Below are positions 13,400 to 26,126 of a stretch of 64,000 nucleotides of DNA, in pieces. The notes beneath the pieces are model-generated. The model did no database searches. It was not told where the DNA came from and worked only from the letters and a program-made list of their open reading frames with translations. The stretch comes from Amoebidium appalachense. Taxonomy: Eukaryota; Protista; Ichthyosporea. The stretch covers positions 5,519,999 to 5,583,998 of the forward strand of contig CAVNZM010000003.1 of assembly GCA_963693365.1 (NCBI GenBank), read 5' to 3'. The translations under genes and the position numbers were made by a program. Each line of letters starts with the position of its first letter. Within the stretch, counting starts at the first letter, position 1.

Positions 13400-13603
13400 C
13401 TTTCATCCCCAAACAATAGAAACAGATCGACCCTTCAAGCATCCGTAGCATAGACCAGTCGTAATTTGCTTCTTTTCTAGCTCCTTGTACTTCCCCCTTC
13501 TCCAACCTTGTGATCCACTATGTATTGCCTCCAACCTTTTTTTGCAGGGGAAGCCGGGAGCCGAGCGGGTAAGCTTGTGGCTGTTTTGTATTCTTTTCTT
13601 TCT

Positions 13604-13636
<33 letters not shown>

Positions 13637-13650
13637 ACTTTTTTTTTTTT

Positions 13651-13695
<45 letters not shown>

Positions 13696-14159
13696 TGACG
13701 CATAAATGATGGGAAACGTACGGGCTCAGACATTAGAAGGGCACAACAAAAACACACACACAAGCGAAAAAAACTGCAAGCATGAAACACATGAACAGAA
13801 CCCATCAGCAGAAGGGGGGGGGGGGGGGGGGGGGGGGGGAGTAATCATACCTGTCTGTTACATGTCCTTGGTCGTAAAGCAACTTGAGCGAACTTACATA
13901 CTGGCCTTTAACTGTAACCAAAATAGCAACAAATTTAGCTACTGTTCAAAACCCCCTACCTTCAACTGTAACTAACAATAGTCCCCCACCCACTCTCCCA
14001 ACACATAGGTGTTCCTTCGGATTTCCATAAGGGGTAATACCTTTCAAGTTTACCTATTCCCGGATCCTGCACACATCTCCCATAAGTCTGCATGTTTGTG
14101 TGGATGGGTGGTGGGTGTGATGGGCAAGGAGCAAAGGGCAGGAAGAACCGGGAAGGGCG

Positions 14160-14254
<95 letters not shown>

Positions 14255-14495
14255 ACGGTGTGTGTGTGTGTGCTGGGGGGCGGCAGGGGGGGGGGGGGGG
14301 GGGGGGGGGTGGAGGAAGGGCTGTACCTAAAACTTATATGGAGAGTGCTGGACAAAAAATAGAGAGCGAAGAGGGGAGGGGGGGAGGGGGGCACTTGCCA
14401 AACATAGGGGCACCTGGATTCAACGTGCAGACGTCTGGGATTGTCACAGACACATTGGTGGCAAGCTGGGTGGTCCAATTCATGAGCCACACCTG
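13400..14495 (-). pseudogene. Possible exons of an unidentified intron-rich host gene or pseudogene
   Basis: Complex-sequence islands between microsatellites with AG/GT-like borders (e.g. cttttcttcag|GTGTGGCTCATG..., ...ACAGACAG|gtatga); no recognisable domain. Confidence 0.25.
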
Positions 14496-14742
14496 AAGAA
14501 AAGGGTTGGCGTTAAAGGCAGTTTTTCAAGGGATCCATCCGGGTCGGGTCAGACCTCAAAGAGCGTTTCTCCACTATAATTGGCGAGATGCGCATCGAAT
14601 TAGCATGTTGGCCTGACCCGAAAGGGCCCATAAATTGGCCTTAAAGAACCACGATTAACGATTAAAGGTGAGCAGCTGCTGTAGTACATGGGCATCCAGG
14701 TGACTAATAGTATTACTAAGGACGAGGGGGAGGGGTGGGAGG

Positions 14743-14778
<36 letters not shown>

Positions 14779-14963
14779 TGCATGCGTTAGAGGGTTGGAA
14801 ATATATAGGCACCAGAGGACTACAGCAAAACGTCACAAAAATGAGAAACCCGAAATCAGGCAATGTAAGTTTGCAGGCAGAAGACACTTGAATAGAGCCC
14901 ATCATCTAAGCATTAAATGTGTGTACAAACGGAGAGGAGCCCGGGGGAGGAGGAGGAGGAGGA

Positions 14964-15008
<45 letters not shown>

Positions 15009-15039
15009 GAATCGTACGTATCTTTGGCACTCCGATACT

Positions 15040-15350
15040 TCGTAGACCCCAAATGCGTGATAGTCAATGGATATGCACACATAAGTACAAGATTTTCCGG
15101 ACCATGTGCGTTGTAAATTCGTGAAAGTCAATGGAAGTAAATACCTTCAACACAATCTTCCGGAATATCTGAAGTGTAAACTCGTGATATTCAATGTAAA
15201 TACACCCCAACACACAATCTTCCGAAATATCTGTATCGTAAATCCGTGAAAGTCAATAGATATAGACCCCTTCAACACACAAAATCTATCTGAGTCGAAA
15301 ATTCGTGATATCTTAATGGATATGCACACTTTCAATGAATGTACACACCT
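15040..15350. repeat. Degenerate ~60-bp tandem repeat (TCGTGAAAGTCAAT.../TCGTGATATTCAAT...)
   Basis: About 5 diverged copies visible. Confidence 0.6.
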
Positions 15351-15953
15351 TCAGTACACGGTTTTCTGGCCTATCTGAATCGGCGCATATCCAAAAGCGG
15401 TAGCGGGTGAGCCTCCGGGACAGAGACAAGAGCTCATTGGCAAAGAAAGCACTGGCAGTGGGTGCCCTGTGGGTTTTTTTTTTTTTTTTTTTTTTGTGTG
15501 GGGGGGGGGGGGGGGGGGGGGGGGAGGAGGTGGGGGGGAGGGGGAGGGGGAGGGGAGGAGGGGGGGGGGGGGGGGGGGGGGGGGGGAGAATGATAAGTAG
15601 ACGTCGAAATGGATAGATGGGTTGGATGGCGTGTGAAAGGAGGGGGAGAGGGGAGGGGGGGGGCAAAGGAAGGGAAGAGGGACTATGGCGAGAAAGGGAG
15701 AGTGGAGAGGGTGGAGGTGTGAGTTGGATCCATGCATGATACACAAATGTTCAAAATGGCGCACTAAAGACGACACAAAAAACCGGTGAGCACAAGTGGG
15801 GGGAAAAGGGGGGGGGGAGGGCTGTGGCATACCTGACTGCACATGAGGGGATGGTTGTTGCTTTGAGCAGACGGACAGAAGTGGACAGAGTGGAGAGATC
15901 ACAGTCATTGCCTAGCCTGATGTGTGTGTGTGTGTGTGTGTGGGTGGGTGGGT

Positions 15954-16061
<108 letters not shown>

Positions 16062-16162
16062 TGGGTGTGGGTGTACCGGATGGACTCGGGTGGGAGGTGG
16101 AAGGGTACGTGTGCATGTGTGTGCATGCGGGCAAATTGCGGTAAGGGAGGGCTGATGGATTT

Positions 16163-16216
<54 letters not shown>

Positions 16217-16264
16217 AGGGGAGGGGGCGGAGGCAGCAAAGAGCAGCAAGGGAAAGGGAGTGGA

Positions 16265-16300
<36 letters not shown>

Positions 16301-16464
16301 GGGGTCTCGGATGTTAAAAGGCTGGGGAAGGGGAAGGGGGAAAGGGGGGGGGGGGGGGGAGGGGGGGGAGGGGGGGGAGGGGGGGGGGGGGGGGGATAGA
16401 CAGTGGAAGCGCATGGAAGATGAGAGCGGGCGGTCGAAGACAAGCAGTAATGATCGTGGGTGAA

Positions 16465-16498
<34 letters not shown>

Positions 16499-17411
16499 GT
16501 TTGAGAGTTGCTCGCAGCCGGCCAGGGGGGGGGGGGATGAAGCGATCAATGGGTTGGAAATATGGATGAGGAAGCATCAAAAAACAAAGAACAAACCTAA
16601 AGGGAAAAAGAAAGAAGAAAGAAAGGGGGAAAATCGTCCTGCAGGCAGAAGACACTTAAACAGAGCCCATTATCACGGAGGTTACTATCCCTCAACAAAC
16701 GAAAGTGTTTTGTTAAACCATTCTTTGTTTCAACAATCAATATGCAATTCAGTCGGGAAATGATGTTTTGAATAACTCTTTCCTACTTCAACCATGCCAG
16801 TTTCCTTTTCACGAACTACCACTACTTCCATCCATATAGTCTCTCTTGATATTACTGTATGCCGCCCTGTTTACTACCCCGCTCTGCAAGTTGTGCAGAC
16901 ACACACATGCGGAAGGAGGATAAGGAGCATGGGGCAAAATTATGGATTGACAATTTGGGGCAACAAAGGGAGGAAGTGAGAGCATGGAATTCCGAAAGAA
17001 AAAAAACCATTGCAACAGGAACACCGGACAAATATAACGCCAAGAGGAGAAAGGAGGAAGGGGGGTGGCGGTCGCGGTGGAGAGGGGGGGGGGGGGGGGG
17101 GGGGGGGAGGGGAGAGGGGGAGGGTGTAGATTGACTTACAGATAAACGCGAGCAAATTCATGAAGCACAACAAAATGTAATTTTTGGGCAAAGGCACACA
17201 AAGTGTATGCATTATAAGCAGAGCTCAACCTTCGGGGAGGGGCAGAGAAAGGGTGTGTGTGTGGGGGGAGAGGGGGGGGGGGGGGGGGGGGGGGGGGGAT
17301 AGACGGACCCACCGGTGACGTGAACACTGCCAGTCACGTGAACACACTGGCTGCATACCACTGAACACCATTGTCCGGGCCGGGATTCTGAAATTACAAT
17401 ATTATAGATTA

Positions 17412-17615
17412 GCCAGATGATTGGTGGAATCACAAAACATAAACAATAAATTAGATGATTGGTGGAATCAAATATAAATTAGATAGATGATTGGTGGAAT
17501 CAAAAAAATAAACAATAAAATAGACATGATTGGTGGAATCAAAAAACATAAATAAAATAGACAGATGATTGGTGGATTTAAAAAACATAAATAAAATAGA
17601 TCGATGATTGGTGAA
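17412..17615. repeat. Tandem repeat of AGATGATTGGTGGAATCA with A-rich linkers, ~6 copies (CCAAT on the minus strand)
   Basis: Direct inspection. Confidence 0.85.
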
Positions 17616-17751
17616 TTCTATGACGAAAATAATAATGGAGGCAGAGGTGGTGGAGACTATGAAGAAAGTTACTTAGACAAATGACTGGTGGAAGATGGGG
17701 GGTAGGGGGGGGGGGGGGGGGGGGGGGGTGTACGGGTAGGGGTGGGTGGGT

Positions 17752-17786
<35 letters not shown>

Positions 17787-17906
17787 GATGTAGGCGTTAG
17801 AGGGTTGGAAATATGGTGGAGACACCAGAGGACAACAACAAAACGTCACAAAAGTGAAATACCCGAAATCAAACCGTTGAGTAAGTGTGCATAGGGTGTG
17901 TGTGTG

Positions 17907-17937
<31 letters not shown>

Positions 17938-18361
17938 AAAGAGCAAGCATAATTAATGGTTTAGAAACGAAAGGTGCAAGGCGTGAGAAAGGCACATTCA
18001 TCTTCCATATCAAATGTCGAAACACAAACCAGAAACCACCAACAAACATCAAAGTAAAGAGAAATAGGGGCACGACACCAAATTTTGTTTCTAGACACAC
18101 ATAGGGGCTATATTAGCATAGCCTTTGTTGGCAGGGGTACTTTTAAGGTGAAGATACCCACATACCATCTTTTAACACCGGGGCTAAACTTAACCCCTTG
18201 CTGTGCAGGTCTGCACTGTGCAAGAGGTAGTGTGTCTCCCCCACCAGTAGCTCATTAGGCCGGCCTTCAATTTCACCCGCTGGCATGTAGCTGGGATAGC
18301 GTTCCTGTGCGTGTGTGGATCCGATAAAAAAAGGGGGGGGGTTGTGTAAATGCAGGTGTGC

Positions 18362-18432
<71 letters not shown>

Positions 18433-18582
18433 CTTAAGAGGAGGAGAAGGCCTGGATTGGGGAAGGGAAGGGGGGACGCGGGGAAAGGTGGGAGCATGGG
18501 GCGGAATGGGTATCGGTGTCGGTATTAAAATGTGTAGGGGTGGGGTGGAAGATACGTGTGTGTATATGTGTGTTGGGTGGGT

Positions 18583-18614
<32 letters not shown>

Positions 18615-18764
18615 GTAAGCTGAAGCAGAAAGGTGTGCCAAGTTTGGATCCGCGATTGCACCGGGGGGGGGTGGGGGGGGGGGGGGAGCGGTGCTCCCTT
18701 CCTTTCTTAGTTGTCTGCCTGTTGGGACTACGAGTATCCCCCCTCCCCCCCTCCCCCCCCCCCG

Positions 18765-18802
<38 letters not shown>

Positions 18803-19635
18803 ACACGCACACACACACACACACACACTGTCCCTTCTTCTTTCTCCCCTCTCCAGGGCGGGACCGTCTAAATGCACATGATGTTGGTAGTGACATAAAA
18901 ACTAAACTTAGTGGGTTTGGAAAAGAACTATGATAGAACAAAATACTAGTACCCCCCCCCCCCCCCCTCCCCCCATCACCCTCAATCATTCCCCCTCCCC
19001 CCCCCCCCCCCCCCCCTTCCCCCCCTCCGCTCCCCATCCAACCCCCACCCTACCCCATCCGACACACCCGCACCTAGCTCCCCACCCATTTCATTCCATC
19101 CATTCCACCCCAACCCACCACCGTATGTCTTTTTAGGCATGGTTGCGCAGGTCGAAGCCTGCATATATATTCTAAATACCTTATGGCAGACCCAAAATTC
19201 AAGCAGCTCCTGCCAACTTTCAGATGGCAGCTGAAGTATTCGATTAAATTTCTTGAAGGGTCCAACAAGAAGATGGCGACACACGGCACAGTAGATCTGT
19301 GTGTGTGGGTGTGGTTGTTGTATGTGTGTACGTGTATGTGTTGTGGGGTGTTATGTATGTATATATGGTCGTGATGTGTTATGTATTTGCCTGTTGTTAT
19401 TGTGTGTGGATGTGTATGTATGTTGTTGTTGTGTCTTTTGTATGTGTATATTGTTGTTGTGTGTTATGCATGTGTATGTTGTTGTGTGTTATTTATGTGT
19501 ATGTGGTTGTGATGTGTTATGTACATTTGTGTGATTGTTGTGCGTTATGGTTGTGTATGTCGTTATATGTGTTATGTATGTGTATCTCAGTATTTGGAAC
19601 AAAAGAAGTGTGTTTGTGTGAGTGTTTGGGGGGAA

Positions 19636-19666
<31 letters not shown>

Positions 19667-19873
19667 GGGGGGAGGTCAATATGTGGACATAAGGTGAAGA
19701 AACACATCCCTTGTCAATTCATGCACATGTGTGAGAGTATGTTCTTTGTACCCCTTCCCCCACTCCCCCCACCCCCCACCTAATCCCTCCCACCACACCT
19801 CTTCCCAGCACTGTTAACCAAAAACCTTAACCCTTGTTAGCTATCCCCTCCCATCCCCACCTCCCCCCCTCTA

Positions 19874-19921
<48 letters not shown>

Positions 19922-20269
19922 ACACACACACACATAAACACACACACACTACACCCAACTCTTCGTCCGTGGTAGGTAGGAGATGTGCCTATTAACAAGC
20001 CCTCTCCTCTCTCTCTCTCTCTCCCCCCCCCCCCCCCCTTCACGCCCCACCCCCACTCCCTCTCCCCCCCACTACTCCCCCCCCCCCCCCCCCCCCCCCC
20101 CAACCTCCCCGCTCACTCCAACCACCACCACCACACAAACACATGCCGGCGCCTTTGATTCCCCCTGCGACACGCACACACGTGTGCACCCGCATGCACG
20201 CACACACGCACGTCCGTGCATGTCCGCGTGTGTGTGTTTGCGCGCGCGCACACACACACACACCTCCAA

Positions 20270-20602
20270 AGTGCCTGCCTCTTTCAGTTTTCTGAAATCC
20301 TCCCCCTCGTCTTCCTTGATCTTTTCTTCCATCTTCCCCGTTAATACCAGGCACCCTTCTGTGGTGTTGTCCATTCGCCACGTCTGTAGGTGGTGGGTGC
20401 GTGTTTGGAAAAAGGGAGAAAATTATTCGTTGCATGTTTATGTCGTTTGTATGAGAAGAAATGAGTGACTTACAAAACGATAGGAATTGTAGCCGTAGAG
20501 AGGAGAAATTCAGAAAAGATTGTTCCACTAGACCAGGGCACCAACCCCCCTCCCCCCCTTTCCTCCCCCCCACCCCCACCCCCATCCCTCCCCCCCCTCC
20601 TC

Positions 20603-20652
<50 letters not shown>

Positions 20653-21067
20653 ACCACCACCACCACCACCACCACACCACCACCACCAATCCCTCCCCCA
20701 AACACACACTCCTACTGCTCCTTGCCCCCTCTTCCCCTCCTCCCTCCCTAATCCCCTCCCGTTTCCCCCCCTCCCCCCCCCCCCCCCTCCCTCCCCAACC
20801 CCTCCCCTGCCCCCCTCCCCTTCCTTCCCCCTCCCCCCCTTCCCTGCCCCCTCCCCCCTCCCCCCCCCCCCCCCCCTCCCCCCCCCCCCAAAAAAAAATT
20901 AAATCCCCTGCCTTCCCTAGCCCCCCTCCCCCCTCCCCCCTCCCCCCCCCCCCCCCCCCTCCTTCCGTCCCACCGAATTTCTTCTGCATTAGATTTCCAA
21001 ACCGCCAGTCGCACTTTACAAATCCAGTTCTCATTTCACCCTAGGAACAAATGCCCCCCCCCCCCCC

Positions 21068-21107
<40 letters not shown>

Positions 21108-21359
21108 CAACCACCACCCAACCCGCCCACCCACGCACCCTTTCAACCTCCCTCTCAACCCCCCTACCTCCTTTGTTACGGCACACGGCAAGGGCACTAT
21201 CGTCTGAGCCCCATCCTCCCCAACTACCAACTGCTTATACAGCAGACCTAGTTTAGGCAGTTTGTTTGCCTTATTAGGCAGGTTTAGGGTTATCTGGACA
21301 TTGCCGAGAGATGGGAGGGTCTCACACACATAGTGTGTGGTGGTGCTTTGTTCTTCCAT
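20270..21359 (-). pseudogene. Possible exons of an unidentified intron-containing gene (MEEQSTTTHYVCE...)
   Basis: Complex coding-like islands separated by poly-C/G tracts; no domain recognised. Confidence 0.25.
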
Positions 21360-21929
21360 GTTTCCTTATCTTTGACCGAACGTGCCACTCAATGGAGGTC
21401 AGATGTCTGAAGTGAGCAACACGAAAAAAAAAAAGAAAAAAAAAGGTGGCAAGAAAGAGAGTGATATGTCTTGTCGCTTCCTAGCCTTGGTTGTGTATGC
21501 ACATAGCTCCCATAGGAAAGGCATTACATGTTCTTCCTTCGCGATCGTGCTAAAATGTAAGTTAAGTCGGAGCCGCTGACAGCAGTGAGCTCGAGGTGAA
21601 AGGAGCCTCCTGCCTCCCGTTTTCCCGGGATTTTGGTATACACCGATAAATAGAACAGTTGAAAATGCAAAACTGATTATTGGGTCACAACTTCCAACTT
21701 TTAATTTGTAAAAACCCCACTTTATGTAGTTCGATTTCCAAAAACCATGTAAAACCAATAAGAAGTGTCTGTTCTTTTTTTTGGCGCGAAAAAGTCTTTG
21801 TGATAATCCGGCCGTCCCGGCACAAGACTGCAAGAGGAGCCTCAAGCACGCACTCAAGCACGCGTACGAAAGACGTGAAAGTTGATGGACACCAAAAAAA
21901 AATGTGTTTACATGTGGGCTTTTAGAGTT

Positions 21930-22364
21930 TCAGATGATGTCGCTTCCATTATTTGGCATCCTGTGCTCGACGGGATGCGAATATTTAGTTACTCTGCAAG
22001 AGCATCTTTGCTGCCAATCGTGAGGATGATAGTGCACGTCCGGTCCAAAACGATAAGGATACTTGGCCGTGATATCACTTGGCCATGGCGGTATCCATTG
22101 CGTGTCCTGAACCACATCCATCTTTCTCTGTCTCTGAACGTCGGCACAGTACCTCATGACGTCCCGATAAGTTCCATGTGTGTTTCTCGCCGCTTCCAAC
22201 AAGGACTCATACGCATAGTATACGCACTGCGACCCCCCATGATCAAAAAACATCCGAACCACATCTTCCCTCGTTAATGTGTATGGACGGTGGATGGTTC
22301 GCCATCCCAAAATTCCCAACCTCTCGGCATCAAATGCTTTTCCTGTATACCCAGCTGTCATCAT
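21930..22364 (-). CDS. Hypothetical intronless protein (144 aa)
   Basis: Non-repetitive ORF with normal composition. Confidence 0.4.
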   Translation of the reverse strand: MMTAGYTGKAFDAERLGILGWRTIHRPYTLTREDVVRMFFDHGGSQCVYYAYESLLEAARNTHGTYRDVMRYCADVQRQRKMDVVQDTQWIPPWPSDITAKYPYRFGPDVHYHPHDWQQRCSCRVTKYSHPVEHRMPNNGSDII

Positions 22365-22609
22365 TTCTCCACTGACAGCGAACCGACCAGACTACAGCAT
22401 GAGCCACAGAACTTCTGGCAATGGCGGGCACTGGACCAGCCACATATAGTAATGATAGAACCCATACGCAAGTTTCAAGATAGATTTCCTGGAAATGATC
22501 TGCTTTCCTTCTGTCCGATCTTTCTTGTGGATTGCATAAAGTTTGCATTGGCGCTATAATAGAGTGCTCTGTTTTTACAGTTCGGCGATAGCGATAGCGA
22601 TAGCGATAG

Positions 22610-22720
22610 CATACCTAGCAGAAAGCACCCCATCTCGTCCGATCTGGGAAGTTAAACTGCTATGGGCGTGGTTAGTACTGCGGTGGGGGACCACGCGGGA
22701 ATACCACGTGCTGTAATCTT
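22610..22720 (+). rRNA. 5S rRNA copy lacking about the first 9 nt (probable pseudogene)
   Basis: CATACC..GAAAGCACCCCATCTCGTCCGATCTGGGAAGTTAA..GGTTAGTACT..GGGAATACC..GTGCTGTAATCTTT; helices pair (CCTAGCAG/CTGCTATGG, GTGGT/ACCAC); the 5' strand of helix I is replaced by (GCGATA)n. Confidence 0.9.
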
Positions 22721-23460
22721 TACAGCGTAAACCCCCATAGCGATAGCCGGATGAAATTCACCATATATGGCAATCTCGCCAAAAGTTATCGCCATTGCTA
22801 CCGCCATGGATCCGGCGGTGGCATTGCTTCATTCTGATTGGTTGTCACACCGCGGGATTTCCCGATTGTTCTTCCAATGACATTTTCTATCACTATCGAC
22901 AGTTCTCCAATATTAGAACAGAAAACGGTTTATACCCAGATGGCCAGATGGCCAGATCAAATTCAGTCTGTGAGCAGGGGGGGGGGATCCACCTGAAGTC
23001 AAAACAATCTGGCCATCTGGCCATGTGGCCATAGAATAGATTAGCATGTAAGGCACTGGCTGCCACCACTGGGGGCCGTGGTTCCGGCAGGAGGGGGGGC
23101 ACACGTGCAGGGGAGGCAGGGGGTCGGGGGAGGCACACGTGCACAGGAGGCTGGGGAGAGTGGGGGAACCATCCCCCATGTATGGCTGAGTTAAGACCAT
23201 TTGTTCATGTAGCACGATCTTCTAGCATGCACGTGTTGGAATGCCACCACTGGGGGGCCTGGTTCCGGCAGGCAGGGGGGCAGGGGGGCCACCCAGTGTG
23301 TGGGTGTGCATGTGGCAGGGGAGCAGGGGGGCAGGGGAGCAGGGGAGCAGGGGAGCTGGGGGGACTGGGGGGCTGGGGAGCAGGGGGGCTGGGGAGACTG
23401 GCATGCCACTCACGGGGAGGATAGTGTATGTTGGCACGTGTGGGTGTGTGGGTGGTTTTT

Positions 23461-23943
23461 TTATTTGGGCTTGTGCTTATGGCAATGGGTCGTAGATTTC
23501 ACCCTGTTTTTGCAGGGATTGCCAGCCTTGGTTTTGCCCTGGCAGTACCCATTTTCCCTGCCCACACCCACCGCTGCAGCTGCAACCGGTGGCTGTGGTG
23601 CACCCATGGGTGGATCCGGAGTGGACACAGTCAGCGCGGGTACCCCGGTGCGCTCGGTGCGAGGGCGCTGCATTTCTGCGACTGTAAAGGCGGCCAGGAG
23701 GTCGTCCAGCAGGAGGTTTGCATGAGCATAGTCCCCGGCCTTGTGGGGGCGGAGGATGTTGATGGTGTTGTCGCTGTAGAGGAGGACACCGGTGGCAGGG
23801 GCAAAGCATACCCAGGGCTTGAAGCCGTCCTTGTGGTGTGGGCATGTTTTCTTTTTGTTTTTGCACTGGGCTTTTTTTGAGGGTGCAAATGCAGGGCATC
23901 GTTCGGGGTCAACCGAATCGGGGCGCAAAAGTGCGTCTCCCAT
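23461..23943 (-). CDS. Small protein with two CCCH-type Zn motifs (DUF5763-like CQGKTKAGNPCKN...CHKH)
   Basis: N-terminal CPAFAPSKKAQCKNKKKTCPHH and C-terminal CQGKTKAGNPCKNRVKSTTHCHKH; intronless. Confidence 0.65.
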   Translation of the reverse strand: MGDALLRPDSVDPERCPAFAPSKKAQCKNKKKTCPHHKDGFKPWVCFAPATGVLLYSDNTINILRPHKAGDYAHANLLLDDLLAAFTVAEMQRPRTERTGVPALTVSTPDPPMGAPQPPVAAAAVGVGRENGYCQGKTKAGNPCKNRVKSTTHCHKHKPK

Positions 23944-24247
23944 TTCTAGTGTTTTGTTTTGGTGTGCACTGTTCTTGGATTGGGGTGAAGCGAGACAAAA
24001 AGTAAAAGCGAGTACTTTTTGTTGACTGGTTGATGGCATATCAATCAATCTCTTGGTGCCAAACCACTGACCAATCACATGGGTGTATTCACGAATTCCA
24101 ATCTAAATTCGGCATCTGGAGAGAGGGGTACTGGTAAAACACAAGAGCAACACGGCATCAAGAGTTTGTACCACAGGCAAGATCTCAGAGAGGTCACTTT
24201 TGGGGTGTAACACGTCGGATACTGAAAGTTTTGTGAGGTACACGTAC

Positions 24248-24520
24248 ATGTTCGACAGCACGGTCACCACAGGCATTCTTTATGTGATATCTATATGCAG
24301 TGTCGTTGCAAATATACACTGGTACAATTTAATGAAGTCCGAACCGAATGCTAGAGAGAAAGTGAACAAAATGTATCTGGTGTACGTCAGCGCTGCTATT
24401 GTCCTCACATGTTTATTGGTTACACCATTGATGTATGCAGTCATATACTATTTCAATAAGAAGACGGGTGCTGCGGAGTACGACACCGCTCTGAGACAAA
24501 CAAGTCACTCGGACTTTTAA
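24248..24520 (+). CDS. Small two-TM membrane protein
   Basis: Two hydrophobic segments (GILYVISICSVVA; YLVYVSAAIVLTCLLVTPLMYAVIYYF). Confidence 0.5.
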   Translation: MFDSTVTTGILYVISICSVVANIHWYNLMKSEPNAREKVNKMYLVYVSAAIVLTCLLVTPLMYAVIYYFNKKTGAAEYDTALRQTSHSDF

Positions 24521-24544
24521 TCCGATTGACGTGTCACCGCGCCA

Positions 24545-24935
24545 GCGCTGCATACAAAAAGACCCGAAGTGGAGTATACGACAAACCCAGCGCCAGCGCT
24601 TCATACCCAAAATGATACAATAAAAAGACAGTTGCTGTGTGTGCAAAGCTGTGTGTGCAAAAAGAGGGGAAATAAGCGCTGCATACAAAAGCCCCGAAGT
24701 GGAGTATACGACAAACCCAGCGCCAGCGCTTCATACCCAAAGTGGATACAATAAAAAGACAGTTGCTGTGTGTGCAAAGCTGTGTGTGCAAAAAGAGGGG
24801 AAATAAGCGCTGCATACAAAAGCCCCGAAGTGGAGTATACGACAAACCCAGCGCCAGCGCTTCATACCCAAAGTGGATACAATAAAAAGACAGTTGCTGT
24901 GTGTGCAAAGCTGTGTGTGCAAAAAGAGGGGAAAT
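24545..24935. repeat. Tandem repeat, ~130 bp x3
   Basis: AGCGCTGCATACAAAA..CCGAAGTGGAGTATACGACAAACCCAGCG.. recurs at ~24545, ~24675 and ~24806. Confidence 0.9.
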
Positions 24936-24939
24936 AAAT

Positions 24940-25035
24940 ACTTTAAACGTGCATGCAATATACATCGATAGACTTATGAAAGCACACAAACTGTGTGCCA
25001 CACGGGCATGCATGCATGGGGAGGGAGTGTGGGGT

Positions 25036-25089
<54 letters not shown>

Positions 25090-25228
25090 GACTTTGAACG
25101 TGCATGCAATAGACTTATGAAAGCACACAAACTGTGTGCCACACGGGCATGCATGCATCGATAGACTTATGAAAGCACACAAACTGTGTGCCACAAGGGC
25201 ATGCATGCATGGGGAGGGAGTGTGGGGT

Positions 25229-25264
<36 letters not shown>

Positions 25265-25401
25265 GACTTTGAACGTGCATGCAATAGACTTATGAAAGCA
25301 CACAAACTGTGTGCCACACGGGCATGCATGCATCGATAGACTTATGAAAGCACACAAACTGTGTGCCACACGGGCATGCATGCACGGGGGAGGGAGTGTG
25401 G

Positions 25402-25433
<32 letters not shown>

Positions 25434-25781
25434 AGACTTTGAACGTGCATGCATCGATAGACTTATGAAAGCACACAAACTGTGTGCCACACGGGCATGC
25501 ATGCATGGGGAGGGAGTGTGGGGAGGGGGGAGGGGGGGGGGGGAGACTTTGAACGTGCATGCATCGATAGACTTATGAAAGCACACAAACTGTGTGCCAC
25601 ACGGGCATGCATGCACGGGGAGGGAGTGTGGGGAGGGGGGGGGGGGGGGGGGGGAGACTTTGAACGTGCATGCATCGATAGACTTATGAAAGCACACAAA
25701 CTGTGTGCCACACGGGCATGCATGCACGGGGAGGGAGTGTGGGGAGGGGGGGGGGGGGGGGAGACTTTGAACGTGCATGCA
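24940..25781. repeat. Tandem array of ATAGACTTATGAAAGCACACAAACTGTGTGCCACACGGGCATGCATGC units separated by variable poly-G tracts
   Basis: About 8 copies. Confidence 0.9.
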
Positions 25782-26126
25782 AGTGTGTACCAAAAGGGAC
25801 CTGGACTTCTTTGTATACAATCGATATTTAATCGGTTGAAAACAGCAAAACAAGACTTGTACATATATAATAACCACAAGATACTAAACCATCCAGAAGA
25901 CTTGTACATATATAATAACCACAAGATACTAAACCATCCAGAACCAGAAAAAAAAAGATGCCTACATGCTATGATCCATAAGATGCTCGTTAACATAAAT
26001 ACAGAAACCGTAAGGTGCTACCAGTATCAACAGTCATATATTAAAATACATCAGCCAGCCCCTGTGGCCATACCCAGCCCCTGACACATACAACAAAATC
26101 AAAACACACCCCTCACCACTCCCAAC

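Noticed and set aside
17412-17615. Repeat-spacer pattern resembling CRISPR
   Set aside because: The linkers are short, A-rich and related to each other; it is a degenerate minisatellite
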